Shown here in pieces: positions 1-13,548 of a stretch of 64,000 nucleotides of DNA (within the stretch, counting starts at the first letter, position 1; each line of letters begins with the position of its first letter). The translations under genes were made by a program, and so were the position numbers. Below the pieces are notes generated by a model that worked only from the letters and a program-made list of their open reading frames with translations, did not search any database and had not been told where the DNA came from. The stretch is from Hamiltosporidium tvaerminnensis FI-OER-3-3 (lineage: Eukaryota; Fungi; Microsporidia): assembly GCA_022605425.2 (NCBI GenBank), contig CM061253.1, positions 682,001 to 746,000 on the forward strand. The letters run 5' to 3'.

Positions 1-564
1 ATATTTTGATTTACAGAAAATTCACTGATTTTTCACTTTTAATGATTTTATTTTACTTAAAAATAAGATAGATGTTCTTTTTTAATCAAAATTTATCCAG
101 ATTTTCCTAGCATTGCTTGCTTTATGATTTATAATTTTTCGCACATGAGTTTACCATACCGCCTCAATACATTGAAGAATCAAAGCTTTATTATAAATTT
201 TCGATTTTTTTATTTATATTTTCGGCCTTTCAGTTGCTGCCTTTTCTTCATTTTATACAGTATCCATAGTGTAACAAACTATATGCTCTTAGCTTATTTT
301 AATACTTTACTTCCAGTCTGGGTTTTTTTCCCAATTTTGACACTGCGTTGATATTCATTTGTCAATTCAAAAAAATGATTTTTGATGTGACAGAGTAGTT
401 TCTCTGTATTAAATTTCAATTTCAAGAAAAAAAGTTGATTTTCATATGTTTTTTTTTGCAAATTTCAAAACCATTTATAAATTGATAAAGTAAAATAACA
501 GTTAAAATTCAAGTTTTTTTTAATATTGGATTAACAAAATATACTATTAGTCAGCAAAATTCGG

Positions 565-1280
565 GTAAAGAGAAGATACCCATATTATAAACGATCTGCT
601 TGGCAATGATAGATAAAATGAATATGAAGTCTATTGTTTGGATCCTTGTAGATTGAACACGAGACTAAGTTTTTGATTGATTCATGGAAAATTGTATAAA
701 AAGAAGTTGGTATACAAAAAAGAGAAATATTTTCTAATAACTTACTTGGTAGTGCTTTTGTGAAAATAGATCATAATCATAGACTGTAATTGTAGGTAAT
801 TGTCATTGTAAAGCATGATAACCTAGCCTTTCACACTTGGGTTAAAAGACTTGACATATATAAGCTACCGAACCCATAGCCTTTATAAAGCTATGGAAGG
901 TAATCAGCAAGTTATGCCTGTTAGTATCGCATTTTGATGTATAAACGAACTCTTTTAAGTCTCTGGAATATATCTTAGCTATAGGTTTATTATGTTGATA
1001 AGCCCAGACTAAATGAGGATTCCGCGTGATTTAGAAGCGCTTTGTGTGATTTTCAACCTACGATCACACTCCGTGCAACAGACATTAGCGAAATATAGCG
1101 ATTTTACTCCCATTAAATGGCTTCATATCTCTATAGCTAGAAAGCTTTAGGATGTAGGTATCGTAGAGATAATAATTGCTCTTCGTGTGCGGTTATTTAT
1201 TTTAAACCTAGAACTGTTTCAATGCCATAAACTAATACAACAATCGCCGCTGTTTTAAAAAGATGTGATATTTTTAAATA
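565..1280 (+). mobile_element. Decayed copy of ~730-nt structured SINE-like retroposon
   Basis: Colinear with 22969-23698 (ctgcttggcaatg ... taggtaat ... cgatcacactcc ... aaaaagatgtgata); boundaries approximate. Confidence 0.85.
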
Positions 1281-3769
1281 TAAAAGATTTTGCTAATAGT
1301 GAATGACAGTATTATAAAGAGCATATAGATAACAATTTTTATTTTCACGTTTAATAATTTGAAAAAAAAATCACTTTATTGGTTATATTTTGCATTAGAA
1401 ATGCTAGATTATGTTCAAATGTGAATTCAGTATAAGACCAGCTATTTTCTATTCTATAACCAAGTTATTTTATAACGACCGCGAAGACTTATTATGAAAT
1501 GTTTAATTGGCCTGAAAAATACAAGGCACCAATACTGGTTTTCCGATTAAGAACATGATTGTTATGATTTGTTTACACTCTTATGGAACTAATAATACGG
1601 TGCAGAAGTAAAAAATAGAGCATTTATACTGTTTTATTAGTTGAAAAATATATTCATTTGAACAGTTGTTAAACGTAGTATCTATTTTATTGTCAATCAT
1701 AACTAAAGACTTAATTCAAAACATTTTTATTTATGTAATTTTTCTTAATTCAAAAATAATTCGTCTACATCACTCGGTTCTGAATTTTATTTCCTATACT
1801 TAATACTAACATTAAACAATATTAAATATAATTAATGTTTGATTGTTTTTGTTGTGAAAGTTTTTAATATTCTTAATATTAGTTTAATATAAAAATATGT
1901 TTCGATCTATAAGAAGAAAATTTTAGTTAATTAAATTAAAAGAATTACAATGGATAAAATGAAATCTTTAAAATCTTTTAATGATTACTACAGCATGTCT
2001 CAAAGTGAAACAGTTTTTTTGGGAAAAGAGGAACGCTTACCTCAGATAAATACCAACGAAAAAACAAAATGCGATATAACTAGATTGTAAACTTAACTGA
2101 AAAAAAAAGAGAAAATAATGACCTAAGGCTCTATAAATTTAATATGATTTAGAAAAGAAGAGAAGAAAAAAGTTATAAATAAAAAAATACAGGAAAAAAA
2201 TTATGAATTCATTCGGCTTAGGTTTAAAGATTCTAATATGAAATTCTACAAGCATTTGCTGGTAAAGAAGCCAGATAGGGCTATAAAAGCTTAAATGAAA
2301 AAAATTAAGAAATTTTAGGTGAGATGATCAAGTTTCAGAAGATGATCGACTTTGTCTGTTTCGGTAAAAAGAAGTTTCTGCCTACGAACTTAACAACTAG
2401 TAGTTTCAAAGAGATGACTGAACCTGAAATTCTAAAAATTTTCAAAACTTAATTATGATTTTAGTTACGAATTGAGTTTCTTTCAAAACTTTGTAAATAA
2501 AAAATAAAGAGGCTGTGAAACAAAGATTAGAAACCAAAACCTTTTATAACAAATTTTTACACTAAAGTATATTAAATCATTCTTATTATAGTATCATTTT
2601 GATAATATTTTCAAATAGCAGTCAATATATGCTCTAATAAATTACGGAAACAAATCTACAAAGAGTTACTTATATGCGTTACATTTTTTTAAAAAAACTT
2701 TTGTTAAAAAAAAATAAGCAGCGATTTTCGATTATATATTTACCTTTTAAAGTAATCTAATTTGTTAAAAATAGATTTAAATTATGAAAAAAAAATATTT
2801 TTTTTTATTTAAATATCCTTATTATTTTGAAAAAGGATAATGAAAATCTCCAATCCGTCATTAAAAAAATATTTGTTTCTTCTATTCAAATTTTTTTTTA
2901 TAAATGTCATTACTATCAAAGCTCTATATTATCTTAATTTATCATAAAGAAATAATTTTAAATTCTTTTTTAATTAAAAGATAATATTTTGCTGTTAAAT
3001 AGTGATTTTTAAATTACACGATCGTCTAGTGGTCTCTTGTTTAAAAATTCATTATTATAATTTTTGGCGCATCTATGATAAAATATAACTTGTTTAATTA
3101 AAATTTTTTTAATATAGCAACAATTTAGGCAATATATTGTAAAAAAAGGCGGTTTTGATTTAGATCTATTCATTAAACTAAAAATATAAGACATTCGAAA
3201 AACCAAGTTAAAAAAAATAATAGAAGAAAAAAACAATATAACATAGCTGAATTTTTTATAAAAGCATTTTCTTAAATTTACAAGCATTTTATTTAAAAAA
3301 AAATCCAACTTCAACTAACTAGATTCATATAATTACACTTCAAAACCAACTATTATAGTCCAACCATAAATCCACATAATATCCAATATATTATTAAACA
3401 ACTTGTATACTTAAATATCTTCTTATTACTAGTTAGTCTTTTAGCTTCTAAATCAATCATATAAAAAATAAATACTTCAAATTATAATTATTCGAAACTT
3501 TTTCAGTTTCCTCTAAAAAATTATTCTAAAAAAAGCAAATGGAAACATTTCTTTTAAAACAATATATTACCTAAAATTTAACCACTAATTTCTTGTATTT
3601 GAAACAAGAGTAAATATAAATTTTAAGATAAATATAATTCAACAAAAAAAGTTTACCAATTTATTTTCTTTAAATTTAAAAGATATTCTTTATTTTATTT
3701 CTCATAATAAGTATTCAATTCTTTTGAATTCATTTAAAATATAAAAAATTCTAGTTTTTTGTTAAAAAT

Positions 3770-4700
3770 ATCGGTGGTATAATATTTACAATTAGCTGCT
3801 AAGCTCGTAAAAACGAATTATATTTACGTTAAAAGAAATAAAACTCAATCGTACATTAATCCTCATAAATTGCTCTATCTGAGCCATAATTTCTCAATAT
3901 TTTCAAGTGGTATTTTATACTTTCGCCACTTCCGTTGCTCTATATTTTTTGGTTTTTTTTTTCTGAATTAATTTTTACTTTTGAGAAATTATCAAAAAAA
4001 ACAAAGCCATTTTTTTAATCTGCATATTCCTCTTCTTCTGTTCAATTTACTTTTAATTTTACGAGCTTCAGCTCGGAATTTTATTTTATCGTGTTCACTT
4101 TACCACCTATTCTCATTCCATTTCGTCTTTTTTTTTGATGAAAATTTTAGTGCACAGATATTTCTTGTCTAATAAACAGTTTTTAGAGATATTTTGTATT
4201 AATCAGTTTATTTATTGTATAAATTCATAGTCATTTATATTGAAAATCTTAATATATATCACATATTAAAGTTCTTAATATTCTAATAAAATTGTTTTGT
4301 GCAATTTTTATTGAGAATATAAATAAATCGCACAGAAGAATGGTAGAAAAACTCAATCTTATCATATATTTATTTAGTAACTGTAAAAACTCTTAAAAAA
4401 AAGTCTGAAAAAATGAATTAAAATATTTTTTTTGAAAAAATATATCTATTATGTTATTGTTGCCGGTTATTACTTACAAATTAGAAAAAAATTTTACAAA
4501 AATTGAACCAAATATTTTTTTTAAATCGATCAAATGTTGTCAAGTTTTTCATATTCAACACCTATTCTAAAGATACTCATTATTATTAGTTGCATTGTGT
4601 CATGAACAAATCAAAGGAGTCATATTATTAATGGAACACTCTTATTGATTTCTTAATTTTATGAATAATTGAACGTTTCGAATTAGTTGGTGTTCGTCAA
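3770..4700 (-). mobile_element. Highly decayed dispersed repeat, probably an old transposable element
   Basis: Similar to 20920-21830 (gctg(c/t)taagctcgta.aaacgaatt; gagcttca.ctcgg; cacagaagaat) and more weakly to ~14600 on the + strand; no intact ORF; strand uncertain. Confidence 0.45.
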
Positions 4701-5170
4701 ACCATTACCATCTACTTAGATTACTCGATTATATAAATGATAATCTATATTCGAACCAAAGAAACACTAACCACAAACTAATCTTATGATTGACAAAGTA
4801 TTTTTGGATCAAAAAATGGAAGACATGTCATCTTATAAAATATATGTTCTTAACGTACCATATATTGAGATACATTACTATTTTTTCGACATAAAATTTA
4901 TGTCGATGAAAATTTATGTCGATGAAAATTTTCACTGAGCTTTTACTTTAAATTTTAAGATCCAAATTATTCTTCAAAATCTCCGATTTTAGATCCAATT
5001 CAATATTATTTTAAAGCAGGTATATGTAATGACAAGAAGCAAACATTTTACGTAAAAGATCATATTATAGCCACTTTTTTATAACGACTCGGAAAAAATA
5101 TAGAAATAAATTACATTTAAGAAGAAGACATTACTTTACTAAGATTTATTTTAAATATTCAAAGTTATTC

Positions 5171-5260
5171 AGGTGAATATTTGGATAAAAGAACTTATTC
5201 AAGTAAATATTTGTATAAAAGAACTTATTTAAGTGAATATTTGTATAAAAGAACTTATTT
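5171..5260. repeat. 30-bp tandem repeat x3
   Basis: a(a/g)gt(g/a)aatatttg(g/t)ataaaagaacttatt repeated three times. Confidence 0.9.
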
Positions 5261-5572
5261 GCGTTTTAAACTTCATATTTTTAAAAAAATATTCAAAAAA
5301 AATTGTAAAAAAAATTTAATCAAAAAAATAGTTTTAATTGATAATAAATTTTCAATTTGTGATTTGTCAAATAAAAATATTAATTTGTATACTTTTGCAT
5401 AATTACTCACCAATTAAAACTGTTGTACTTTTTTTTTCTTAAGTTGATCTTCATTTAAAATATAATTTGTCAAAAATAAATTAAAACCCCCTTTTTTTAA
5501 TTTAATTTATAAAATTTATCAACTGAGATTCGAACCGCCTCCTTTTTTCTATAAATAAGTGAAAAATTTCTA

Positions 5573-5576
5573 CCCC
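5573..5576 (+). promoter_or_regulatory. CCC-type initiation motif immediately before the ATG
   Basis: taCCCCATG; similar motifs precede PP5, BRF1, PRI1, TAF7 and the 60151 gene; CCC-like motifs near start codons are an established microsporidian feature. Confidence 0.7.
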
Positions 5577-6295
5577 ATGGCAAAGATTACAAAAAAAGCT
5601 TGGATCGGAATAGGAATCGCTGGTGCAATACTTGTTGTAATTGGTACTTTTATAGGTATTGGTTACGCTAAAGCTGGTACGGTTTTAAAGAATTTTGAAG
5701 ATGACTATAAGAAAGTTTCTGAATCCGACTCATTCAAAGCAACCTTAGAGGATCTTAAAAAGGTAAGACTTGCAGATTTTGTATATTGTTCAAGGTAGTA
5801 AATACTTTCAGTCTTGTTTTGTCGGTTCTGCTGATGAAGCTAGAAACTGTAGATGAACCGCTTAAAGGTAAAAAGCTAGATGACTTCAAGGCTTTTGCGA
5901 ATTCCCCACCTTCATCTAGTCGACTTGAAATCGATAGCTCTAAGTTTGCAAGTGTAGTTGGTGATATTGGTTTCCTTGCTAAGTTGGGTTTCGTCTTTAG
6001 AAGCAGTGGTCCATTAAAATCAATACGCTCAGTATCCGAGTTTATAAATAAGATTATCAAAGACGATCCAAAGGAAAAAGAATCAATAGTTTTTGTTCTT
6101 ATAAGTTTGGCTGAGGACAAAGAAGCAAAGATAACCGAGGTAAAGGTTGCAGATGATGGCAAAGTATCTAGTATTGCAGATGGAAAGACATTCAAATTTG
6201 AAGATAAAGGAGAAAGTAAGCGTACCTCAGTTGACTTTGTCGCTTTTATTGCTGAGAAAGTAAAGAAGCAGCAAGCTACTTCTCCTTCTAAGTAA
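5577..6295 (+). pseudogene. Signal-anchored lineage-specific protein family member, frameshifted
   Basis: MAKITKKAWIGIGIAGAILVVIGTFIGIGYAKAG..FEDDYKK followed by ..VVGDIGFLAKLGFVF..FKFE..DFVAFI aligns to the intact 42880-43581 protein; frame broken at ~5785-5850. Confidence 0.75.
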
Positions 6296-6597
6296 GCTAT
6301 AAGTAAATTACCAGTGCGGGTCGGTATATGTTTTGGTTGTTCCTTCATTAAAGTGCATTGAGGTACCTCTATTTATCTTTTGACTTCTTTATAATCATTT
6401 ACATTTTAAATAATCATTCGACTTCTTATCTTCCTTTTCTCTTTTACTTCTTCTTTTTTCATTCAAATTTTTTCTTATAATTATTTTCAATCAAAAAGAT
6501 ATTTATTTTTTTAATTAATAGAATTGTAGGATTTAGATTAAGTCTATGTATTAGGCAACGAAAAATTGAAAACGGTACTTTTTCAATTAAAATTAAC

Positions 6598-6735
6598 CAG
6601 TTAAAGGAACCGACCAATAACATAATAACGTAAATGAAGATTCGGATTTGAAAGAAGAGACATTAGTGGTTAAAGAGGTAGAAGAAAACATATAAAAATG
6701 GTAAAAAATATTTTAACCCAGAATTTTATTAAAAA
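6598..6735 (+). mobile_element. 5'-truncated 3' end of R4-like LINE
   Basis: ggaaccgaccaataacata..aaagaggtagaagaaaacatataaaaatggt..ttaacccagaattttatt matches 51780-51900. Confidence 0.9.
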
Positions 6736-7066
6736 AATTCGATGAAAATTTTTCTTTTTTTTTGAACTATTTAGAATAAAAGCGAAAATTAATTAAATAT
6801 AAGAAAGTAAATACCGTTAATATGAATTTTCTAATTTTTTTTATCTTAAGAAAAAAATATTTTAACAATTAGAAGGCAAATATATTAGAGTTTATTATAT
6901 TTATATTTTATAAAATTTTGTACATAAATGTATAAGCAAGAAGAGTTATGGCTAAATATTTAATGTGGATATTTAACTTATACATGTTGGATTCATTGTT
7001 AGAAACATTATGTTAAATATTTATATTATAAAATCTTTAACATTTTAAAAGAAAAAGGTAAGTATT

Positions 7067-7785
7067 ATTTAAAAGTATCACTTTTTTTTAAAAATAGTGG
7101 CAAATGTTTTATTTTTTTTCATGGCATTAACGCAGTTCTAGTTTTAACATAAATAACCATTGTTTAACAGTTCGTCGGTGCTTCTGTGATACCTATGTTA
7201 CTTATATTTTCATCTACCAGGTGTGTAGAACCTAATTAATGAGCGAAGTGGTTGCCCGGAGTTCGTTATTGTCTGTTGCATGGTGTGTGATCGAAGGCCG
7301 AAGCCCCCCTGGGCTCCCCCAAGACTATGCAGCATTCCCACATACTCTACACTTTCTGAACCCAATAAACTTCTAGCTAAGATATATTTCAGGGATTTAC
7401 ATTGGCTCCACCTAGCCGTGCAATGCCATACTAATAGTTATAACCTGCTACTTAGCTCTCCTGGCTTTTAATGGTTTTTTGTTTTATATCTCCCAGGCGC
7501 TAAGTCTTCTACCTTGAGTGAGCAATATTAGGTTTCCATGCTTTTACATCGCAATTACCTACAAGTTGCTGCGGTCTGCAATCTAGGCACATAAAAAACT
7601 ATAAATAAATTTTGGGAAAAAGTTTCGCTGTTTTTTAGACCTCTCCTCTTCATATCAACTCCCATAGGACAACCGAAGATGTAGGATGGTTTTATGCCCA
7701 CCAAAATTCACACAATGATCTCACACTAGTTTCACACACTCATTGCCAAGCAGAAAATTTTTTATGTGGTTATCTTTCCTCCACT
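7067..7785 (-). mobile_element. ~730-nt SINE-like retroposon copy
   Basis: Reverse complement colinear with 22969-23698 over its full length. Confidence 0.92.
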
Positions 7786-8605
7786 AACAATGTAAAAATA
7801 AATTATTTTTTATAAAATTCTGTCTCTTAGTCTTAATATTTTTTTTGGAATCTATTATAAGTCTCAAATAGAGAATAAAAAATATATTTTTATCGATTAT
7901 TTTAATTTGATTTTAAAGGAATTTATAATTTTATTTATGATATTCCTTTCTCTTGGAGGAGAAAATAAATCTAAAATTTTATTTAATCCTTTATATTTTT
8001 TTTAAATTTCTGAAATATTATTATTTTGACTTTTTTTAAGTTAAAATAAGTTCAAAAAAATATTAATAGTTTGTTTAAAGAAATATATTTTAATCATTTT
8101 ATTATTAATAAGTAAAAAAACTTTTTTTAATTTATATTCAATATTTCTATATAAAGTTATCAAAAAATTTAAAAATATTATTATTCTTTATTTGGATATT
8201 TTATATTTTCAAGATTCATTATTAGTTTCGTTTTATTTAATGATATAAATGTAATATTTAATTCGTTCTAAATTTGGATTAGATGGATAAGATTTTAAAT
8301 TATTTCTCATTAATTTACATATATATTTTTTCTTTTTCAAATGGAAATTTTTAAGTATATATTCATATTTCTTAAAATTTAGTTAAAATAGAAAATATTT
8401 TTGATTGTGAGGCAATAATTAAGTTTCTTTTCTCTCATAAGAGATGTAGCTGGGACTGAGTTTGCAAGCTTTATTTTATTGGAAATTTTCATTATTAAAA
8501 TACTTTTAAGGAAAAAATTTTATTGTTTTTCCATTTTTAAAACTATAATGTCGTTAAAAAAAATTTAATTTAAAAATATATTCTGTGTGTTTTATTTGTT
8601 TCAAT

Positions 8606-8828
8606 AGATGGAGAGAAGATACTTACATTAAAAACTATCTAGTTGGCAATGTGTATGTAGAATTGCTGGTAAAATCATTGTTGCTATTTTGGTGGAATAT
8701 AAACTACACTAAATCTATAGGCCAATCTCCTATAATCCCGATTTATAACAGATTAAAAGAAGCAAATGAAAATTTTTCATTTGTTCATTCTCGACACTGA
8801 GAGGTAAAAGAGAAAAAGAATAAGTAGG
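8606..8828 (+). mobile_element. Short (~225 nt) sister retroposon: shared 5' head, different body
   Basis: Head resembles the first ~110 nt of the long element; body matches 14192-14300 and 56205-56310; flanked by an 11/13 direct repeat (8593-8605, 8829-8841). Confidence 0.7.
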
Positions 8829-9745
8829 TATTCGCTTCAATCTTTTTTTATTTTTTGTAGAATTGAATTCAGAAATCGTTTTTAGATTTATTTCGGATTA
8901 TTCATTTAATTTTATTTTAAAAAAATATTTAATGATTTATATTAAGTTGTTGTAAAAAAGATATTTCTGCCATATTGAAGACTTTTAATGTGAATTTAAA
9001 TATGTTCTGAATTTTTAATCTGGTATTTTTGGTTAAAATTTATATCAGTTTTTAATGTTTCAATTTAAAAGAATATATAATGTTTCTAAAAGATATAGTT
9101 TATTATATATATAATGGTGAATTGAAACAACATTTTCAACAGTTCTAAATCACGACAATATAGTATTCGTTTGGTATTTATATTTTCGATGCGATTAATT
9201 TAAATTTAAAAATTTATTGCTTATAAAAAAAATTGAAAAAATCAGACTAAAAATGTTTTTATGATCATTTATATTTAATGAACAAGCCTAAGAATTGTTT
9301 GCAATAATCTTTTTAAAAGTATCACAATTACTTGAACAAATTATATTTTCTCGATATTATTTAGTCATTTTTTACTTTTTTTTAAATTTTATTCCAAAAA
9401 TATTAATTTAAAGACAAAGTTGATAATTTGATGTGATAAATTATTTTTTATAAATTTTTTTATGTTCTAATTGTGCATATATTAAAAAATTTAATATATA
9501 AAAAATTTCAATAGAAAATAACATTCGTGTATCTATCTTTAAGTCTAATATACATATTTGAAATGTAAAGCTACGACTTATCTCGAAATTTTTAATTGGT
9601 TTGAAAAAAATAAGGGAACAATAATGGTATTTTGATTCTCGAGACAAGTCTTACTCAATACTTTATACTTTGTAAAAGTATAACATAACACACTTTCGAA
9701 AAGTTTAATTTATTCAAAGAATTATTTAGTTAATTTTTGTTATAA

Positions 9746-12700
9746 TATTTATTTAATAAAATTCTGGGTTAAAATATTTTTACCATTTTTATATGTTTTC
9801 TTCTACCTCTTTAATCACTTTTGTCTCTTCTCCCAAATCCGACTCTTTATTTATGTTATTGGTCGGTTCCTTTAAAGTGGTTCCTCCTTGTGAAATAAAG
9901 GGTGCTTTATTTTTTGGTTTAAAATTTTTTGCACCATATTCCTCTCTCTTCTCTTCTTTTAAAGGGGGTATTGGTTCCTCATGCATCTCTGATCTCATAA
10001 TAACACCCATTGACGCTCTCTCCAAGCTCTCTTCGGCATTTAGTCCTGACTCAAGTCCTCTTCGTCGATCAAAGGAAATTGTTTCGACTGTTTTCTTAAG
10101 TACTATAGACTGAATGTATGCCTCTACATTCATGGGTATTTCTAGTCTTTTAAGATGAGATTTATGGTATTTTGTCACAATACCGTCCCAGGTCATCACA
10201 TAATGGATTATCTCAACACTACACTTATAAATAAGACCCAACTCATTGGCTAGCAGGTCATACTGTCTAAGTTTTCAGTTTCAACTATTTGAAGTGAATC
10301 TAGGGGAGAATTCATACTTCAGTAAGTGTTATCTTATTCTTCTTCTTATCTAAAATAAATATGTCGGGTCTGTTATTCCGAATTTTAACATCTGTTTATA
10401 TTCTTGATTCCACTCTTATCTCTGCATACTCATTATCAAGAATTTCTTGAACTGAGTGACTCCTAATTCGTTTTGAAGACTTAAACTTATATCTATTTAA
10501 GAAAAGTAAGTGAAGGCATCTAACCACTTCATTATGCCGTCTTGTGTAGTCATGGCCTAGCATTTTTTCACATCTAGTTGCTAGATGATCTACAGTCTTA
10601 CCAGACTTCCCGCAATGTTAACACACACCATCTGCTCCCCAGAATACATTTCATCCTGGATATAGCAGAACACAGCTTCATTGCGTGGTCTAATGTTCCC
10701 TCTCTTTAACCAGCTTGAAGAGTCACTAACACTCACAAGCTCATTTTTCCTTGCATTATATAACTTTGAATGGAGTTTTCGTTTTTCTATTTCGTTATAT
10801 AGTTTTACAAGTTGAGCTTCTTCTAAACTTTTCTTAGTGACTTCTTCTACCAACCTGTACTTTACTTTTAAGAAGCCTTTTATTAGTGCAAGATGGGTTT
10901 TATTATTATTCTCCACCTTGAGATTGCTGCTCGTCTGATTGATATTTCTTTACTTTTTTCCAGACAATCCAAGAGTTGCAGAAGCATATGTTCGCTTTGC
11001 AACCCAAAACTATTTAGGTCTCTTCCAAGTTCTGTTCGTGTAAGATACAAACGCTCTTTACATCCTAGGCGGAGATGTATCTTATTCTTCACCAACACCG
11101 AACGAACTGCATCATCTATCTTAGAGAAGTCAGCCGGTTTAAGTCGAAGTACTCCTATGTGGTAGTTGATTAACGATATCGCATGTTGATTGATTGCAGA
11201 AAATAAATTTTTTGCATTTAATCTAGTGTGACAAAGTCTTTCAACTCTTGCTATCAGTTTGCTCTGTACTTCTTCAAATGAGCTACGTGTTGGAATTCCT
11301 CTGCTATCTTCTATTATTCCTAAATATCTATAAACACTAACACCTTCTAGAAGAGTAGCAGTATCTTCACAACACGTATCATTTGTGGCTGACTTCTCTT
11401 TGTTAATCTCTAAGCCAATCACCTCTAAAAATGCCTTTGCCTCGCCTGTCATAGCACTCAATGTGGAGCTGTCTTTTGCAAGGAGCTTAAGATCATCAAT
11501 AAACAAGAGAAGATTGGTAGAATGGGATTCTGCATCTGTTTGTACTGTCACTTTTGTGTATTTTTCATTAAGCTTTCGGCTTAATGGACCCATACACAAC
11601 ACAAATAACAAAGGTGACAGACTATCTCTTGTAGAATCCCTCTGTCAATCTTCTTGCTCATGATTTTTTCAGGCCCTACTCATATATCAATTTTCCATTT
11701 TGATAAAATTACCTAAATAAATTTGAGGATCCAATCAGGTAAATTAAGGTTTTCAATGCAGTGAGTTAGATAAGCATGATCTATTAAATCATAAGCTTTT
11801 TTAACATCAATCCATGTTGCCTTAAGATTATTTCCATACTCTTAATTTAAGGCAATATTCAGTAGAGCCTGCTCTTTTGCTCCCTGTACATCTCTAACTG
11901 CTCCCAACTGGTTCTCTGCAAGCAACCCTCGCCTTTATACTTCAAGTTGAACGACTTTTATTACAAACGAGTCGTTAACCTGTAGAGGTTGGACATACAA
12001 GCGATTGGTCTGTAGTCAGAGCCTCTTCGTGGAATTCCTTTCGGTATCAAATACGTAAGCCCGCAGTAAAACCAATCAGCTTGAGGTGTTCCTTCTAAAC
12101 ATATAACTTTCACAATATCATAAATATATTTGTGAAGAGTTTAAGTTTCTTAATGAAAAAATTGTAAATACCATCAATTCCAGCAGCTTTCCAATTGGGG
12201 AGCCAATTAATGATATTTACAAATTCATCAAGTGAAGGGAACATGGTCGGATGATTATCTGATACAAATTAAATCAAATAATCATCATACATGACTGTAT
12301 AATCATTTTTGTTCCACATTGTAGAGCAAAAACTCACAATTTCATCACGGCTAACCACATGCTCGGATTCCACACGCTCGGATAACCCACGATAAAATCG
12401 ACCTCGGAAAAGCTCAAACATACGATTCTCTTTTCGGAATTGCTTCCTACTTTCATGCATCGTAATTTTTTTCTCGTAAACATTCAAAGACTCATTCTTC
12501 TTAACTAAAGCTAGAAAGATCATTTACGCAGCTTAAGTTTAAATTAAACTCTCGCATGATTTTCTTAAGGCTCTTCGTTTCCGAAGTGGGGAGCTTTTCC
12601 TGCTTACGAGCCTTCTCTAGAAGATCTTTGGAAAGTACTAACTTAGAAATTTTACTTTCTATGTTTTCCTTCCAAGCGGATCTAGGCTTCTCTTTACGTG

Positions 12701-13548
12701 TTGCCTCGTCATAGTATACCTGGGCTGTCTGGATTATCCTTGCCACTGCATTTATCGTCATCGGCACATGAGCTCCTGCATATTCACCGACTACTCGATT
12801 AATGAGATCCAGAACTTTACTATCAACCAATTCATTTGGATGTTTTATAGTTCGGAACACCACTTTTCCAATTTTCTTCTCCGAGATTTCTTTGATTTTA
12901 CTCAAAAATTTATCTCTCAGGTTTATGTACTCCGTGGTGTCGGTCAAGGTGCATGTATCAGCGAGACAAGTGGCGATTCTACGTCGCTCTCCATTCTCTT
13001 CTGATTTTACTTCCTTTCCCATCTCAATTTGTGCCAATTTTTTTAACATTTCGAGAGTTTCAGTTAGCCGAATTTCTCATTATAGTACCCGTGAAGCTCT
13101 GTCCAGCCATTTTTTGGCATTCTTTCAAACCTTGTCTGTACTGCAAAAAAACAATTTGAGGTCATTCCTTCGGGTCGGCTGTTAAGGAATCGAATATCGT
13201 CCGCAATGCCATTAGCCTGTTACCTTCAGAGAAAGCTAGAGTACAGGGGTTTGTCATGTCGTACGATGGCTCGCACGCAGAGACTTCAACAGAAGAGGGA
13301 AGTGGTGTATTAGGCGAAGGTAAGGTGTCAAGCCCACTATTTTGCATGTTACTACATGTTTGGCTTGGTGGTGGATGTGTTATTGTTGTGTAGGAGGAGG
13401 AAGGTAGGGAAATCGCCGGTGGGTGTAACTTACACTTTTGTATCCCACCATCACTTTTCTTCACCTCATCAGCGTCGTTTGCAGCCTTTATTTTAGTATT
13501 TTTCGATATTTCGCTGCTAACATTTTTCTTTCTACCCATTTTTAAGAT
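9746..13548 (-). mobile_element. Near-full-length R4/Dong-like non-LTR retrotransposon (RT + RLE), inactivated
   Basis: RT motifs (LLFIDDLKL, YRYLGI) and C-terminal region homologous to copy 48113-51905; multiple frameshifts and stops; 12-bp TSD TTTTTGTTATAA at 9734-9745 and 13549-13560. Confidence 0.93.

Noticed and set aside
543-1301. Imperfect inverted repeat flanking the first retroposon copy (actattag..caaaat / attttgctaatagt)
   Set aside because: Not present at other copies, needs a 4-nt gap and is AT-rich, so not evidence for TIRs
4885-4930. Palindrome plus 17-bp duplication (tcgacataaaatttatgtcga)
   Set aside because: Single local event with no supporting context
5525-5537. Isolated B-box-like GGTTCGAATCTC (minus strand)
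   Set aside because: No A box or tRNA body adjacent
5755-6348. 197-aa minus-strand ORF and other antisense ORFs over LINEs, BRF1, TAF7 and VAMP
   Set aside because: Shadow ORFs opposite recognisable coding sequence
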